Counted from the stretch's first letter, positions 29,095-40,020 are shown. The stretch is DNA of 64,000 bases from Chloroflexota bacterium (GCA_963662335.2 CAXXVD010000001.1:608001-672000), one strand, 5' to 3'. The notes: a model not told the origin generated them from the letters alone. Made by a program: numbers and translations.

Positions 29095-30123
29095 GTGGCG
29101 CTCACTATCCTTGCCTTCTTGTCCGTCCTCTCCTTTCTCGTGCTGGTGCATGAGCTTGGGCACTTCGTGGCGGCGCGGCGCGTGGGCATTCGCGTCGTGG
29201 AGTTTGGCATCGGCTGGCCGCCGCGGCTCGTCTCACGCCGGGTGGGCGACACTCTCGTCTCGCTCAACCTGCTGCCCTTGGGCGGCTTCGTGCGCATGTT
29301 TGGCGAGTTTGGCGGCACGGAGCCCGGCAGTTTCATGAGCAAGCGGCCGGCGGAGCGCGCGGTGGTCATCCTGGCCGGCGTGGCCATGAACTTCGCGATC
29401 GCGCCGGTGCTCTTTGCCCTGGCTTTCATGGTCGGGGAGCCGGTGTACACCGACCGCGTCTTCGTGGGGGAAGTGGTAGCGGATAGTCCGGCGGCCGCGG
29501 TTGACATCCAGGCGGGCGACCAAATCCTGACAATCAACGGGGCCGTCTTCACCGCGCCGGCGCAGATCAGCGTGGAGATCGAGCGCACGCCGGAGGGCGC
29601 GCCCCTACGCCTGACAATCGCGCGTGAGGGCCGCGAGCGCAGCCTGCGCGTCGTGCCCGCCTACAACCCGCAACTGGAACGCCGCACCATTGGCGTCGTC
29701 CTGCGGCCGGAGCAGACCGTCACCCGCCACCCGCCTTGGCAAGCGGCCTGGCTCGGCATTGAGCGCACCGGCTACGTCTTCAAGCTCATTGGCATCGGCG
29801 TCGCCGCCTTGATTAGCGGCGAGGAGGAAGCGGACCTGATAGGCCCGGTGGGAATCGCGTCCTTGACGGGGCAGATTGCCCGCGCCGGTCTCTACCAACT
29901 GCTGACGTTTACCGGATTCTTGAGCCTGAACTTAGGCATCATCAACTTGCTCCCGTTCCCCGGCCTGGACGGCGCCCGGTTCGTCTTCACCGTGGTTGAG
30001 ATGGTGCGGGGACGTCCGATCAATCCGAGACGTGAGGCGCTGATCAATTTGGCGGGCATCGTCATCCTGCTGGCGCTGATCGTGTTCATCACCTATCGTG
30101 ACATCGCGCGGCTGTTGGGGTAG
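29095..30123 (+). CDS. rseP: RIP metalloprotease (site-2 protease, M50) with PDZ domain
   Basis: HELGH, PLGGFVRM, AGVAMN, NLLPFPGLDG; follows dxr. Confidence 0.93.
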   Translation: MALTILAFLSVLSFLVLVHELGHFVAARRVGIRVVEFGIGWPPRLVSRRVGDTLVSLNLLPLGGFVRMFGEFGGTEPGSFMSKRPAERAVVILAGVAMNFAIAPVLFALAFMVGEPVYTDRVFVGEVVADSPAAAVDIQAGDQILTINGAVFTAPAQISVEIERTPEGAPLRLTIAREGRERSLRVVPAYNPQLERRTIGVVLRPEQTVTRHPPWQAAWLGIERTGYVFKLIGIGVAALISGEEEADLIGPVGIASLTGQIARAGLYQLLTFTGFLSLNLGIINLLPFPGLDGARFVFTVVEMVRGRPINPRREALINLAGIVILLALIVFITYRDIARLLG

Positions 30124-30130
30124 CGCGGTG

Positions 30131-30139
30131 TGCTACAAT
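30131..30139 (+). promoter_or_regulatory. Extended -10 element TGCTACAAT
   Basis: TGn-TACAAT about 50 nt upstream of the alcohol dehydrogenase gene. Confidence 0.45.
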
Positions 30140-30188
30140 GTGAGCGCCGTTTCACCGGCCGAGGGCGCAGCGCAGGGGTTCAAGGCGT

Positions 30189-31334
30189 GTGTCACAGGTG
30201 TTTTCCTTTCGGATTCCACAAGTCTTCCACGTCGGGCCCGGCGTTCACGCCCGCCTGCCGGAACTGGTGCGCGCGCATGAGCCTGAGCGCGTCCTGCTCG
30301 TCACGGATCCCGGCCTGGTGGCGGCCGGCATCGCGCCGGCGGTGGAAGGCGCGCTGACCGGCGCCGGCCTGGCGGTGGCGGTCTACCAGGACATTCCGCC
30401 GGAACCGCATCTGGCGGACGTGGAACGCTGCCGCGCCTTCGGCGCCGCGCAAGGCGCGAGGGTGGTGGTGGGCGTGGGCGGCGGCAGCGTGCTCGACGCC
30501 GCCAAGATCGTGAGCGGCTTTGCGGCGTGCGCCGGGCCGCTGGAGCGTTGGCTCGATAGTGAAGACGAGACCCTCCCGCCGGGATTGCCGCTCTTTCTGC
30601 TGCCGACGACGGCCGGTTCCGGCGCGGAAGCCACGGCCGGCGCGATCGTTACCCATCGAGAGCGCAAGCGCCGCCTGGTGGGACACTGCCCCTCGCCGGT
30701 GGTTGCCCTGATCGACCCGACGTTCACCCGCAGCCTGCCGCCCCACGTGACGCTGGCCAGCGGCCTGGACGCCCTGACCCACGCCATAGAATCCTATGCG
30801 GCCCGGCGCGCCAGCCCGATGAGCCAACTCTACTCGCGGCAAGCCTTTCGCCAGATCGTGGCGTGGCTGCCCCGCGCGCTGGCAGACGGGGACGATCTGG
30901 CCGCGCGCGGCAGCCTGGCGCAGGCGGCCTTGTACGCCGGCATCGCGGTGGCGAACGCCGGCGCGGGGGCGGTGCACGCGCTGGCCTATCCGCTGGGCGG
31001 CCAGTCTACCGCGCTGTCCCACGGCTTTGCCAACGCCATTCTGCTGCCGCACGTGCTGCGGCGGAACGCGGCCGCCTGCCCCGAAGCCTACGCGGGCCTC
31101 TGCGCTGCGGATACCGCGCCCGGCGCGCGGCCACAGGCCAACGCCGCGCTCGACGCGGTGCAGGCGCTGCTCGCGGCGCTCCGCGCGCCCGCGCGGCTTG
31201 CCGACTTTGGCGTCCAGCGGGCCGCCTTGCCCGCGCTGGCGCAAGAGGCCCACACCATCCAGCGGCTCCTGGATAACAACGTCCGCGACTTTAACATTGG
31301 AGAAATCGAAGCGCTCTACACAGCCGCGTGGTAA
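30189..31334 (+). CDS. Iron-containing alcohol dehydrogenase
   Basis: GGGSVLDAAK, PTTAGSGAE, DALTHAIES, VHAL, SHG. Confidence 0.92.
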   Translation: MSQVFSFRIPQVFHVGPGVHARLPELVRAHEPERVLLVTDPGLVAAGIAPAVEGALTGAGLAVAVYQDIPPEPHLADVERCRAFGAAQGARVVVGVGGGSVLDAAKIVSGFAACAGPLERWLDSEDETLPPGLPLFLLPTTAGSGAEATAGAIVTHRERKRRLVGHCPSPVVALIDPTFTRSLPPHVTLASGLDALTHAIESYAARRASPMSQLYSRQAFRQIVAWLPRALADGDDLAARGSLAQAALYAGIAVANAGAGAVHALAYPLGGQSTALSHGFANAILLPHVLRRNAAACPEAYAGLCAADTAPGARPQANAALDAVQALLAALRAPARLADFGVQRAALPALAQEAHTIQRLLDNNVRDFNIGEIEALYTAAW

Positions 31335-31462
31335 CCGCGCGACAGCCGCGCTACTCTCGTACTAGCAGTCAACCTCCGTTCGTTCTGAGCCGGTCGCGGG
31401 ATGAATGGATACACAGCACACATCCGCCACGTACACAGACACACCCATACGCATTGCCCAAT

Positions 31463-33820
31463 ATGACTGCCCAGCAACAGCGACCCTTCATCTTCGACGC
31501 CGCCGCCCTGGCGAGCTTTCTGCTCATCGCGCTGGTCTTCCTTTGGAAGTCGGTCCTGGGGCAGGGCGTAATCGCCAGCGCCGACCTGGTCTTGCTGTTC
31601 TACCCGTACAAGGCGTACGCGCGCGAGTTGCTCAGCCAAGGCGAGGCGCCCCTCTGGAATCCCCTCGTCTACTTGGGCGCGCCGCTGCTCGCCAACATCC
31701 AGGCGGGCATACTCTATCCGCCGAACGTGCTCTTTCTGCTCTTCTCGTTTCCTGCCGCGCTCACGTGGAGCGTGCTGCTGCACGTCTGGTGGGCGCTGGC
31801 CGGCATGTATCTCTTCTTGCGGCATGGGCTGGGCGTCACCGTCTTCGCGGCGTGGATCGGCGCGTTGTGTTTCGGCGCGGGCGGCTTCCTGCTGCCGCAC
31901 GTGGAGCAACTGAATCTGGCGCACACCGCCGTGTGGCTGCCGTGGCTGCTGCTCTGTGCGCGCCGCGCCAGCGTGCCGCCGGCCGCCGCGTGGCTGCTGT
32001 TGGGCGGTATCGTGACCGCCTTCAGCTTCACCGCCGGGCACATCCAGGAGTTCTACTACGCGTTTGCCGCGGTCGCGCTCTTCTGCGTGTTCCTGGCGTT
32101 CGCGCCCCCGGCCGAGCAGTCGTCGCGCTGGTGGCCGCTGCTGGTGCCGGCGCTCTTCCTCCTCATTGGCGGCATCCTGAGCGCGGCGCAACTCCTGCCC
32201 ACGCTGGAAGCCATAGCGCACTCCCAAGCGAGCGCCGCGCCAGTGCCGCCGGAACCGGCGGCGGCCGTGAACCGGCATGAGGTCGCGCTCGCGCTGCTGC
32301 CGCGCTACTGGGCCGCGCCCGGCGTCGCGATGGCCGGCTACATCGGCGTGGGCGGCGCGTTGCTCGCCTTCTTTGGCGCCGTGCAGATTGCGCGGCAGCG
32401 TTGGGCGGCGTTCTTCCTGCTGCTGGCCGTGTTCGGCTTCATCCTGGCCTTGGGCGCGGAAACGCCGTTCTTCGCGTTGCCGCACGCGATCATGCCGGGC
32501 GCCGCGGCTTTCGACGCGGCCGGGCCGTGGCTGCTCCTCGTCAACTTCGGCCTGGCGGCGCTGGCGGCGCTGGGCGCGGACCGGCTGCGGGACGACCTGC
32601 CGCCGGTGGAACGGCGCCGGCTTTCGCTGGCGCTCCTCTGCGGCACGGTGGCGACTCTGCTCCTCCTGCTCGCCCTCATGGGCCGCACGTACCTCGCCGG
32701 TTCGGAGCAGTCGTTGCCGGAGCCCGCCGTGGTGCTGCTGTGGAGCATTGTCGGCGTCATCGTCTACGCCGCGATTCTGCTGGTGCTCAACCACGGCATG
32801 GCCAACGTCTGGGCGTTTCTGCTGGTGGGCGGGATTGTCGTCGTCGAACTCTTCTTTGCCTCCCGGCCGTTGGCGCTCAACCAAGCCATGCCGCCGGAGA
32901 TCTACGCGCCCGCGGCCACCACGCGCCAACTCTCCCAACACTGGGGTAACGCGCGCTACGCCAGCATTGCCGCGGAGCGCTTTCCGTTAGAGAATGAAGC
33001 GGCGCGCGCGCAAACGCTCAGGGAGTCGCTGCCGGACGCCTGGGCGCGGCGCGCCATGGCGTATGCCAAGTACGACGAAGAGCTGCGCCCCAATCGCAAT
33101 CTGGCCGTGGGACTGGCCAGCGCCGGCGGCTACGACGGCGTCACGTTGCCCAGCCGCGACTACGCCGCCCTGCGCGCGGTCCTGCTCGGCGAGGCGGCGC
33201 TGCCGGCGCACGCCGGCTTGTCGGGCCTGGAGCCCGCGGCGCTGGACGCCGCGCTGTGGGGACTGCTCAACGTGCGCTACCTCGTGGCCGACCACGAACA
33301 ATCCGCGCCGGGGCCGGGCTGGGAACTGATCGGCCAGGCGCGGCCGGAAGGCCCGTTGCTCTACGAAAATACCGCCGCCTTGCCGCGCGCGTTCATCGTC
33401 TACGAGACGGTGGTGGACGCCGACCCCATGCGGCTGCGCACGATCGACGTGGCGCGCCAGGCGCTGGTGGCGCGGCCCATACCGGAACTCGTCGGCGCTA
33501 CCGGCGGCCCCATGGCCGCCACCATCGTCTCGGAGTCCGCGCTGCGCGTGGCAATCCAAGCCGCTACCCCGCGGCCGGGCCTGCTGGTGCTCGCCGACGC
33601 CTACTACCCCGGTTGGACGGCAACCGTCAACGGGGCGCCGGCAGAGGTGTACCGCGTGAACGCGGCCCTGCGCGGCGTGCTGCTGCCCGCGGGCGAGCAT
33701 ACCGTGGTCTTCCAGTACACGTCGCGCTGGTTTCAAATCGGCGCGATTACCAGTGTGATTGGTTGGCTGCTGGCGCTGATACTCTTCGTGCCGCGCGTCA
33801 TGCGCCGCAGAAGCCGGTGA
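31463..33820 (+). CDS. YfhO-family membrane glycosyltransferase (GT-C)
   Basis: D....FYPY, PLWNP.YLGAPLLANIQ...YPPN, many TMs, LVLADAYYPGW.A.VNG, GEHTV.F.Y. Confidence 0.88.
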   Translation: MTAQQQRPFIFDAAALASFLLIALVFLWKSVLGQGVIASADLVLLFYPYKAYARELLSQGEAPLWNPLVYLGAPLLANIQAGILYPPNVLFLLFSFPAALTWSVLLHVWWALAGMYLFLRHGLGVTVFAAWIGALCFGAGGFLLPHVEQLNLAHTAVWLPWLLLCARRASVPPAAAWLLLGGIVTAFSFTAGHIQEFYYAFAAVALFCVFLAFAPPAEQSSRWWPLLVPALFLLIGGILSAAQLLPTLEAIAHSQASAAPVPPEPAAAVNRHEVALALLPRYWAAPGVAMAGYIGVGGALLAFFGAVQIARQRWAAFFLLLAVFGFILALGAETPFFALPHAIMPGAAAFDAAGPWLLLVNFGLAALAALGADRLRDDLPPVERRRLSLALLCGTVATLLLLLALMGRTYLAGSEQSLPEPAVVLLWSIVGVIVYAAILLVLNHGMANVWAFLLVGGIVVVELFFASRPLALNQAMPPEIYAPAATTRQLSQHWGNARYASIAAERFPLENEAARAQTLRESLPDAWARRAMAYAKYDEELRPNRNLAVGLASAGGYDGVTLPSRDYAALRAVLLGEAALPAHAGLSGLEPAALDAALWGLLNVRYLVADHEQSAPGPGWELIGQARPEGPLLYENTAALPRAFIVYETVVDADPMRLRTIDVARQALVARPIPELVGATGGPMAATIVSESALRVAIQAATPRPGLLVLADAYYPGWTATVNGAPAEVYRVNAALRGVLLPAGEHTVVFQYTSRWFQIGAITSVIGWLLALILFVPRVMRRRSR

Positions 33821-34071
33821 CGGAGGGCGCCGACGGTCGCATCAGCCGCAAAGTCGCCGACGGCGCCAAACCTCCGAGCGAGACTTTTGCACAACCCCTT
33901 CCCTTCGAGGAAGAAGGTTGGGATGGGGGTGAAATGTCTCAACATCCCATCATCTCTAGCTGAACAAGTGCTCTGGATTCCGGCTTTCGCCAGAATGACA
34001 GAGTTATGCAAGGGTCTCCAAGCGGTGACACCGGCGCTGACAATTCATGCCCTCCGCCATCAGATCCTCCG

Positions 34072-35121
34072 TCACGTCCTCGTTATCAGTCTTGCCTCTC
34101 TATCGCCAAGCGGCAAGTCCACCCGCGCGCAGCCGCGCCGGTACGACTCGCGCATGGCGAGCGCAATCTCCAGGGCCGCATAGCCGTCAGCGCCGTTGCA
34201 GTCCGGCTCTTTATTGCTTTCCAGGCACGCAATCATATCGGCCACCGCGCCGGCGGTGGGACTGGGCAGCCGCTGTGGGCGCGGAAACGCCTCGCGTACC
34301 GGGCGGTCGCTCTTGCCGCTGCCGCCGCGCCGCCAGAGTTCGAACTCCCGGCCGCCGTCCAGCGCCCGGATGCGCCCGCGCGCGCCAATGACGTCCCATT
34401 CCTGCACCGCCGCGCCCGTGCCCATCATGCGCAGGTACCCGCGCACACCGTTTTCAAACGCGACGTAGGCGTTGCCGCCGTAGCGGTCCCGGTCGTCGTT
34501 GTGCGCCGCCGCGTCTCCTATCTCGCCCACCAGCCAGTCCACCGGCGCGTCACCGGCAAAGAAGCGCAACAGATCTACCCAGTGGCTGCCGTCGTGGGAG
34601 AGGGAGGAGCCGCAGTAGCCGGTGACTTGCAGCACGTCGCCAATTTCACCAGCATCGATCAGTTGCCTTGCCGCGCGGTAGAGGGGATGCCAGCGGCGCA
34701 GGCAGCCTACGCCCAGCTTTGCGCCGTATTCTCGGCAGGCCGCCAGCATCATCTGCGCCTCGCCCAGCGACCACGCCAGCGGCTTTTCCGCGAAGATCAC
34801 CTTTACGCCCGCCGCCGCGCAGGCGGCGACCACCGCCGGCCGTTCCTCAGTGCGGGTGCAGACGCTCACGATGTCCAATTGTTCGCGCTCTAGCAGGGCT
34901 TCATGCCTTTCATACATGCGCGCCACGCCCCAGCGCTCCTGGTAGGCCGCGCGTCTCTGCGGGTCCACGTCGGCGGCGGCAACCACGTGCGCGCGCGGCT
35001 CCTCCATATAGGCGGCCGTGTGCGCAAACGGCAGGATGACGCTGGAATTGCCTTGCACTTCGTCGTCAATCGTGCTGCCGATGCGGCCGCAGCCGATGAC
35101 CCCTACGCGATACGTTGCCAC
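34072..35121 (-). CDS. Gfo/Idh/MocA family oxidoreductase
   Basis: GVIGCGRIG, AEKPLA, HDGSHWVD; GGAGAG SD before GTG 35121. Confidence 0.9.
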   Translation of the reverse strand: MATYRVGVIGCGRIGSTIDDEVQGNSSVILPFAHTAAYMEEPRAHVVAAADVDPQRRAAYQERWGVARMYERHEALLEREQLDIVSVCTRTEERPAVVAACAAAGVKVIFAEKPLAWSLGEAQMMLAACREYGAKLGVGCLRRWHPLYRAARQLIDAGEIGDVLQVTGYCGSSLSHDGSHWVDLLRFFAGDAPVDWLVGEIGDAAAHNDDRDRYGGNAYVAFENGVRGYLRMMGTGAAVQEWDVIGARGRIRALDGGREFELWRRGGSGKSDRPVREAFPRPQRLPSPTAGAVADMIACLESNKEPDCNGADGYAALEIALAMRESYRRGCARVDLPLGDREARLITRT

Positions 35122-35222
35122 GATATGCGCTCTCCCGTGTGCGCGCCGCGCGCCTTGCGCAACGGCTGAAATCCGGCCGTGCCGGGGGCGGTGCGCCGCG
35201 GCTGCCCTCGGCCTATTGCATA

Positions 35223-35268
35223 GAGTAAAGAACAAGAAGCCAGCTAGTCTATCCTAGCTGGCTTCTTG
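35223..35268 (-). terminator. Intrinsic terminator downstream of the solute-binding protein gene
   Basis: Perfect 15-bp stem CAAGAAGCCAGCTAG / CTAGCTGGCTTCTTG with 6-nt loop, followed by TTCTTT on the minus strand. Confidence 0.65.
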
Positions 35269-35358
35269 CCAATCTTCCAGGCTTTGGGTTGACAGAGCGC
35301 CGTTAAACAGCGCTCTTGGCATTGGCGCAAGGCGTGCGCGGAAGAACCTCAGCCGTCA

Positions 35359-36747
35359 TTAGCCGCCCATGCGCGCGATGTCGGCCTCGAGCTGCACCTG
35401 GGCAATATCCTGCACGACCTTCATGCCCTCTTCCGCGGTCAACTCGCCGCGCCACACCTTGTGGAAACCTTCGCTGAAGAGTTCGCCCTGGAAACCGCGG
35501 TAACCGGACGGCAGGCCGGGGTAGCGGCCGCCGTTGGGCAATTCCGCCGCAAACGTGGCGTAGTCCGGGTCGTTGGCGATAAGGCCCTGATAGCCCTCGT
35601 GGTCCAGCACGGACTTGCTGACCGGCAGGTTGGTGCCGCCGGAAGCCCGGATGACGAAGACCTGGGCGTCAGCCGACACGGCGTACTGGGCAAACCGCAG
35701 CGACGCGTCCAGGATGTCGGCGTTTGCCTGCACGAACACGGCGATATTCTGGCCGCCGTTGGGCGCGTGGCGCTTGGTCTGCACCGGCGTGTGGATTGCC
35801 TTGAAGACGTCGCCGCGCTGGCGCAGCGTGGGCAGGCGGTAGGGGCCCTGGGACTCGAACACCGTCTTGCCGTCGTGGAACAACTCGCCGCCCCACTCGT
35901 CCTTATACGGCGCGAGTTGGTAGGCGTTCATCCAGTCGCTGATCATCTGCGTGGCCCAGATCGCCGCGTCGGAATCGAAGTTCCAGCGGGTCTGCTCCTC
36001 GTTCAGCCACTTGAAGCCGGCGCTGCCGGCCACCTGGTCCCAGCGGGTGATGCTGCGCGGGTGGTAGTCCCAACCCCACACCTCTGGCGGACTGGCCGCT
36101 TTCTGGGCCATTTCCAGCATGTCTTCCCAGGTCCAGCCCTCTTCCGGATCGCTAACGCCGGCCGTGCTCAGCAGGTCCGGGTTGTAGATCATGATGTTGT
36201 TGTTCGTATTGATCGGAAGGCCGGTGAGCTTGCCCTGCCAGGTGGTGCTTTCGGTCATGGGCTCGAAGTAGTCGGCGCGCTGCTCGGCCCAACTGGGGAA
36301 GCGCTTCAACTCTTCCTCATGGTCCACCGTCACGCCGGCGGCAAAGAAGTTGGTGCTGTCCGGCCACGCGTGCCAGTGCACGCCCGGCGGCACGCCGCCC
36401 GCGGCTGCGGTCTTGGCCTCGTCGGTGCCCTTGCCGGGCACGATCTCGACGAGGATGTTGTCCTCGTTCTCGGAGTTGTACTTGACAACCATGTCCGAAA
36501 GGCCCTGCACCTGCGGGTGCAGGCCGGCGGAGCCAAAACCGATGTACGACCAGAACGAAATGATGGTGCGCCCATCGGTCATGCTCATCGACTCTTCGGC
36601 TTGCGGCGCTTCTTCTTCGGCCGGCGCGTCCGCCGGCGCGGTGGCCGGGGCTACGCCCTGCCCGCACGCGGCCAGCACGGCCGAGCCAAAGCCGGCTACG
36701 GCGCTGCCATACAGAAACTTGCGTCGACTTATCCGCTGCACGTGCAT
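35359..36747 (-). CDS. Carbohydrate-type ABC solute-binding Tat lipoprotein
   Basis: AAGGAGG SD; SRRKFL twin-arginine, LAACG lipobox, A/P/E linker, YNPDL and WTWEDM motifs. Confidence 0.9.
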   Translation of the reverse strand: MHVQRISRRKFLYGSAVAGFGSAVLAACGQGVAPATAPADAPAEEEAPQAEESMSMTDGRTIISFWSYIGFGSAGLHPQVQGLSDMVVKYNSENEDNILVEIVPGKGTDEAKTAAAGGVPPGVHWHAWPDSTNFFAAGVTVDHEEELKRFPSWAEQRADYFEPMTESTTWQGKLTGLPINTNNNIMIYNPDLLSTAGVSDPEEGWTWEDMLEMAQKAASPPEVWGWDYHPRSITRWDQVAGSAGFKWLNEEQTRWNFDSDAAIWATQMISDWMNAYQLAPYKDEWGGELFHDGKTVFESQGPYRLPTLRQRGDVFKAIHTPVQTKRHAPNGGQNIAVFVQANADILDASLRFAQYAVSADAQVFVIRASGGTNLPVSKSVLDHEGYQGLIANDPDYATFAAELPNGGRYPGLPSGYRGFQGELFSEGFHKVWRGELTAEEGMKVVQDIAQVQLEADIARMGG

Positions 36748-36930
36748 TTCCTCCTTCGCACGTTACACAACAAATCGGGAGCGGCGCCGCATTCCGTTTC
36801 CACTCTATACCGGTCTTGCGCGACACCGCTCCGGAACGACTATCCAACTCTAATTCTAGGCGCGGGAGTGTCCTCAGTCAACCGCAGCGGTAGAATCATA
36901 GATACGGGCGTGACAGAGAGAGGACTTCAG

Positions 36931-37353
36931 ATGAGAGACACGGGCACGCAACAGGCGCAAGACAGGGGACTTCCAACCCGCCCGCGAGATGAGATTGCCC
37001 GCCTGGGCGACCAGATCTACGAGCGGGACATCCGTCCGCAGGTGGAGGCGGCCCATCGCGGAGAGATCGTCTCTATCGACGTGGACACCGGCAGTTGGGC
37101 CCTTGGCGGCAACCTCCTGGCCGCGGCGGATCGGCTGCGCGCGCAGCGGCCGGATGCCGTCAACGTGTGGTCCTTGCGGGTTGGCGTGCGGGCGGTATAC
37201 GCGTTTGGCGGCGGCTTGAGGCGGATAAATGAAACCACCCCAATGCGATTGAGGTGGTTGCGTGCCGAAAGTTATGCGAGCAACGCGCTGTCATCGCATG
37301 ACAGCGCAAGACCGGCCGGGCAAGCCATATTGACGGTGTTCGGAGGAATGTAA
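36931..37353 (+). CDS. Small hypothetical protein (DUF5678-like, EIARLGDQIYERDIRPQVE...IDVDTG...LRVG)
   Basis: GAGGA SD; family recognised from memory; last ~40 aa look like non-coding run-on. Confidence 0.65.
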   Translation: MRDTGTQQAQDRGLPTRPRDEIARLGDQIYERDIRPQVEAAHRGEIVSIDVDTGSWALGGNLLAAADRLRAQRPDAVNVWSLRVGVRAVYAFGGGLRRINETTPMRLRWLRAESYASNALSSHDSARPAGQAILTVFGGM

Positions 37354-37357
37354 GCCT

Positions 37358-37576
37358 CTAGCCGCCCATGGATTTGCGCACTTTGGCCTCGCGCCGGCGT
37401 TGGCGGCGTATCGCCCGCTGGAGCGCCAAGCGTTCTTTCTCCGCTTTCGAGCGGTAGAATCGCCGCAACCGGACTTCTCGCATCACGCCGGAACGGTTTA
37501 CCGACGAGCGAAATCGCTGCAAGAAGCTCTCGAAGCTTTCACCGTCGCGCAAGGTCACTGCTGACAAATCACCCAC
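37358..37576 (-). CDS. rpsU: 30S ribosomal protein S21
   Basis: VTLRDGESFESFLQRF...SGVMREVRLRRFYRSKAEK; basic 72 aa; AAGGAG SD. Confidence 0.9.
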   Translation of the reverse strand: MGDLSAVTLRDGESFESFLQRFRSSVNRSGVMREVRLRRFYRSKAEKERLALQRAIRRQRRREAKVRKSMGG

Positions 37577-37719
37577 ACTCCTTCTGTTTTCGCGTTTCTA
37601 CAGGCCCGAGCCGCGCGCTTGCGCGCCCGGCTACCTAGAATACCATACATCACGCTGCGCAACAATCCAAGAATCACGCGCAGTAAGAATCGCGCGCAAG
37701 CAGACCGCGCCGCCCGCTC

Positions 37720-37794
37720 TGTCATTCTGAGGAGCGCAGCGACGAAGAATCTAGCGCGGGAGCACGTAGATTCCTCGCTGCGCTCGGAATGACA
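37720..37794. repeat. REP-like element, family 1
   Basis: TGTCATTCTGAGGAGCGCAGCGACGAAGAATCT...AGATTCCTCGCTGCGCTCGGAATGACA. Confidence 0.85.
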
Positions 37795-37882
37795 GAGAAC
37801 TTCGGAATGACGAGGAACATCATGACGAAGAACATTAGACTGGGCGTGCACACCAATCGCGTCTTGGCGCCACGACTTGCGG

Positions 37883-38854
37883 TCACGCGGCCCCGCCGCC
37901 GCGCTCGCTTGCCAGATCGCTCTCCACCATCATCTTGACCAGCCCCGCAAAGTCCACGTCCGGCTGCCAGCCCAACTTCTCCCGCGCTTTGGCGCTGTCG
38001 GCGACCAGCAGATTCACCTCGGCCGGCCGCAGGAAGCGCGGGTCCGTGCGCACGTAGTCGCGCCAGTCCAGGTCCACCAACCCGAACGCCGCGGCGCACA
38101 ACACTTCGATGGAATGCGTCTCGCCGGTGCCGATCACGTAGTCGTCCGGCTCGTCTTGTTGCAGCATCAGGTGCATCGCGCGCACGTAGTCGCCGGCGTA
38201 GCCCCAGTCGCGCTTGGGGGTCAAGTCGCCCATGAGCAGTTCGGTTTGCTTGCCCAGTTTGATTCGCGCGACCGCATTCGTGGTCTTGCGCGTCACGAAC
38301 TCCAGACCCCGGCGCGGCGATTCATGGTTGAAGAGTATCCCCGAGCACGCGAACATGTCGTAGCTTTCGCGGTAGTTCACCGTGGTGTAGTGCCCGTAGG
38401 CCTTGGCCGAGCCGTAGGGGCTGCGCGGGTGAAACGGCGTGGATTCGCGCTGCGGCACTTCCCGCACCTTGCCGAACATCTCGCTGCTGGACGCCTGGTA
38501 GAAGCGGATGTCCCGGTTCACGATGCGAATGGCCTCCAGCAGCCGGGTCACGCCCAGGCCCGTGATTTCGCTGGTGAGCACCGGCTGCCGCCACGAGACC
38601 GGCACGAAGCTAATCGCGCCCAGGTTGTAGACCTCGTCCGGCTGGGTGATCTCCACGGCGGCGATGAGCGAACTCTGGTCCAGCAAATCGCCCTCTATCA
38701 ATTCGAGATTCGGAATGAGCCGCTGCACGGCCTCGGCTTTGGGGTTGTTCTGCCCCCGAATCAGGCCGTGCACCTTGTAGCCCAGGCCGATTAGGTACTC
38801 GGCGAGATACGTGCCGTCCTGGCCGGTGATGCCGGTGATGAGGGCTGTTTTCAC
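37883..38854 (-). CDS. gmd: GDP-mannose 4,6-dehydratase
   Basis: [51 protein letters not shown]. Confidence 0.96.
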   Translation of the reverse strand: MKTALITGITGQDGTYLAEYLIGLGYKVHGLIRGQNNPKAEAVQRLIPNLELIEGDLLDQSSLIAAVEITQPDEVYNLGAISFVPVSWRQPVLTSEITGLGVTRLLEAIRIVNRDIRFYQASSSEMFGKVREVPQRESTPFHPRSPYGSAKAYGHYTTVNYRESYDMFACSGILFNHESPRRGLEFVTRKTTNAVARIKLGKQTELLMGDLTPKRDWGYAGDYVRAMHLMLQQDEPDDYVIGTGETHSIEVLCAAAFGLVDLDWRDYVRTDPRFLRPAEVNLLVADSAKAREKLGWQPDVDFAGLVKMMVESDLASERGGGAA

Positions 38855-38995
38855 GGCTGTTCCTTGCGCAATCGCGGCGCGCGGGTCTAGGGCATGTATT
38901 GAGGGAATTGCGAAAGTGGAAGGCCGCGCTCGGCGGCCGCCTACTAATGCTATCATATTGTGGCGGGCGCGTGCACGGGACGCGAGGAGAACACC

Positions 38996-39250
38996 ATGCC
39001 GGAAGAGCGGGAGCCACTGTCGTATAAGACCGAGACCGCGCGGGGCGTACGCGCGCTGGCGTTTCCCGACGAAATTGTGGCCCAGGGACGCGGCGTGCCC
39101 CGCACCGTCCGCTGCTACGCCGTGACCGACGAGGTGCGCATGGTGCGCATCGAGTCCCGCCGCGCCGGCGGCCTGCGCTTCACCGTGCTCGACGAGTATA
39201 ACCAGCCGCTGAACGACGCGCCGGTGCAATGGGAAATAATCTGGCGCTAG
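38996..39250 (+). CDS. Hypothetical protein
   Basis: GAGGAG SD, host-like codon bias, TATCAT -10-like element upstream. Confidence 0.65.
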   Translation: MPEEREPLSYKTETARGVRALAFPDEIVAQGRGVPRTVRCYAVTDEVRMVRIESRRAGGLRFTVLDEYNQPLNDAPVQWEIIWR

Positions 39251-39334
39251 CCGCGAGGCAGTCTCCGGCGTAGGGGCACGATATATCGTGCCCCTACGCC
39301 GGACAGACGCGCCGCGTCTGCGGAGGGAACGAAC

Positions 39335-39673
39335 GTGGTAAGGAATCCTGAAGAGTGCCGCGACATGCGGGATATCCGCGCCGAGATCGACCGTATCGAC
39401 CAGGAGGTTATTCGTCTGTTCGGCCAGCGCTTCGCCTACGTGCAAGCTGCGTCACAGTTCAAGACGAGCGCAACGAGCGTGCGCGCGCCGGAGCGCTTCA
39501 AGGCCATGCTCGCGCAGCGCCGTGACTGGGCGCGGGAGGCCGGCCTCGATCCCGACGTCATCGCGGGCGTCTACCGGGACCTGGTGAACTACTTCATAGA
39601 AGAAGAGATGAAGAAGTGGCAAGCGGAATCAACGAAGGATACCGCCGCGCCCGGTTCCGCTGACCGCGCCTAA
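39335..39673 (+). CDS. pchB: Isochorismate pyruvate-lyase / AroQ chorismate mutase family protein
   Basis: [35 protein letters not shown], close to PchB as I recall it. Confidence 0.8.
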   Translation: MVRNPEECRDMRDIRAEIDRIDQEVIRLFGQRFAYVQAASQFKTSATSVRAPERFKAMLAQRRDWAREAGLDPDVIAGVYRDLVNYFIEEEMKKWQAESTKDTAAPGSADRA

Positions 39674-39886
39674 GCGCCTGCACCCGACCGGTGTGCTCTT
39701 CCTAATCAACATGGCCCTGCTTAGGCTACCCAGTGTTATGGAGATTGGGGGCCGGCTGCCTGACCGTCATTCCCGCGAACGCGGGAATCCACTGCGTGCG
39801 CGGCGAAGATGGATTCCCGCGTTCGCGGGAATGACGCACTCAGTCGCGCTCTTTCTTGGCAATGCCAGATCAACCCTCATCAACAA

Positions 39887-40020
39887 GCCGTAGCGCGGGG
39901 GCTTGTCCCCCGCTTCTTGGTGTCATGCTAACAGGCCGTAGCGCGGGGGCTTGTCCCCCGCTTCTTGGTGTCATGCTAACAGGCCGTAGCGCGGGGGCTT
40001 GTCCCCCGCCCCTTGGTGTC
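39887..40020 (+). repeat. 48-bp tandem repeat, about 3 units, each carrying a GTAG REP hairpin
   Basis: GCCGTAGCGCGGGGGCTTGTCCCCCGC at 39887, 39935 and 39983 with identical intervening sequence. Confidence 0.9.

Noticed and set aside
39887-40020. Mini CRISPR array
   Set aside because: Spacers are identical, the repeat is a dispersed REP, and there are no cas genes.
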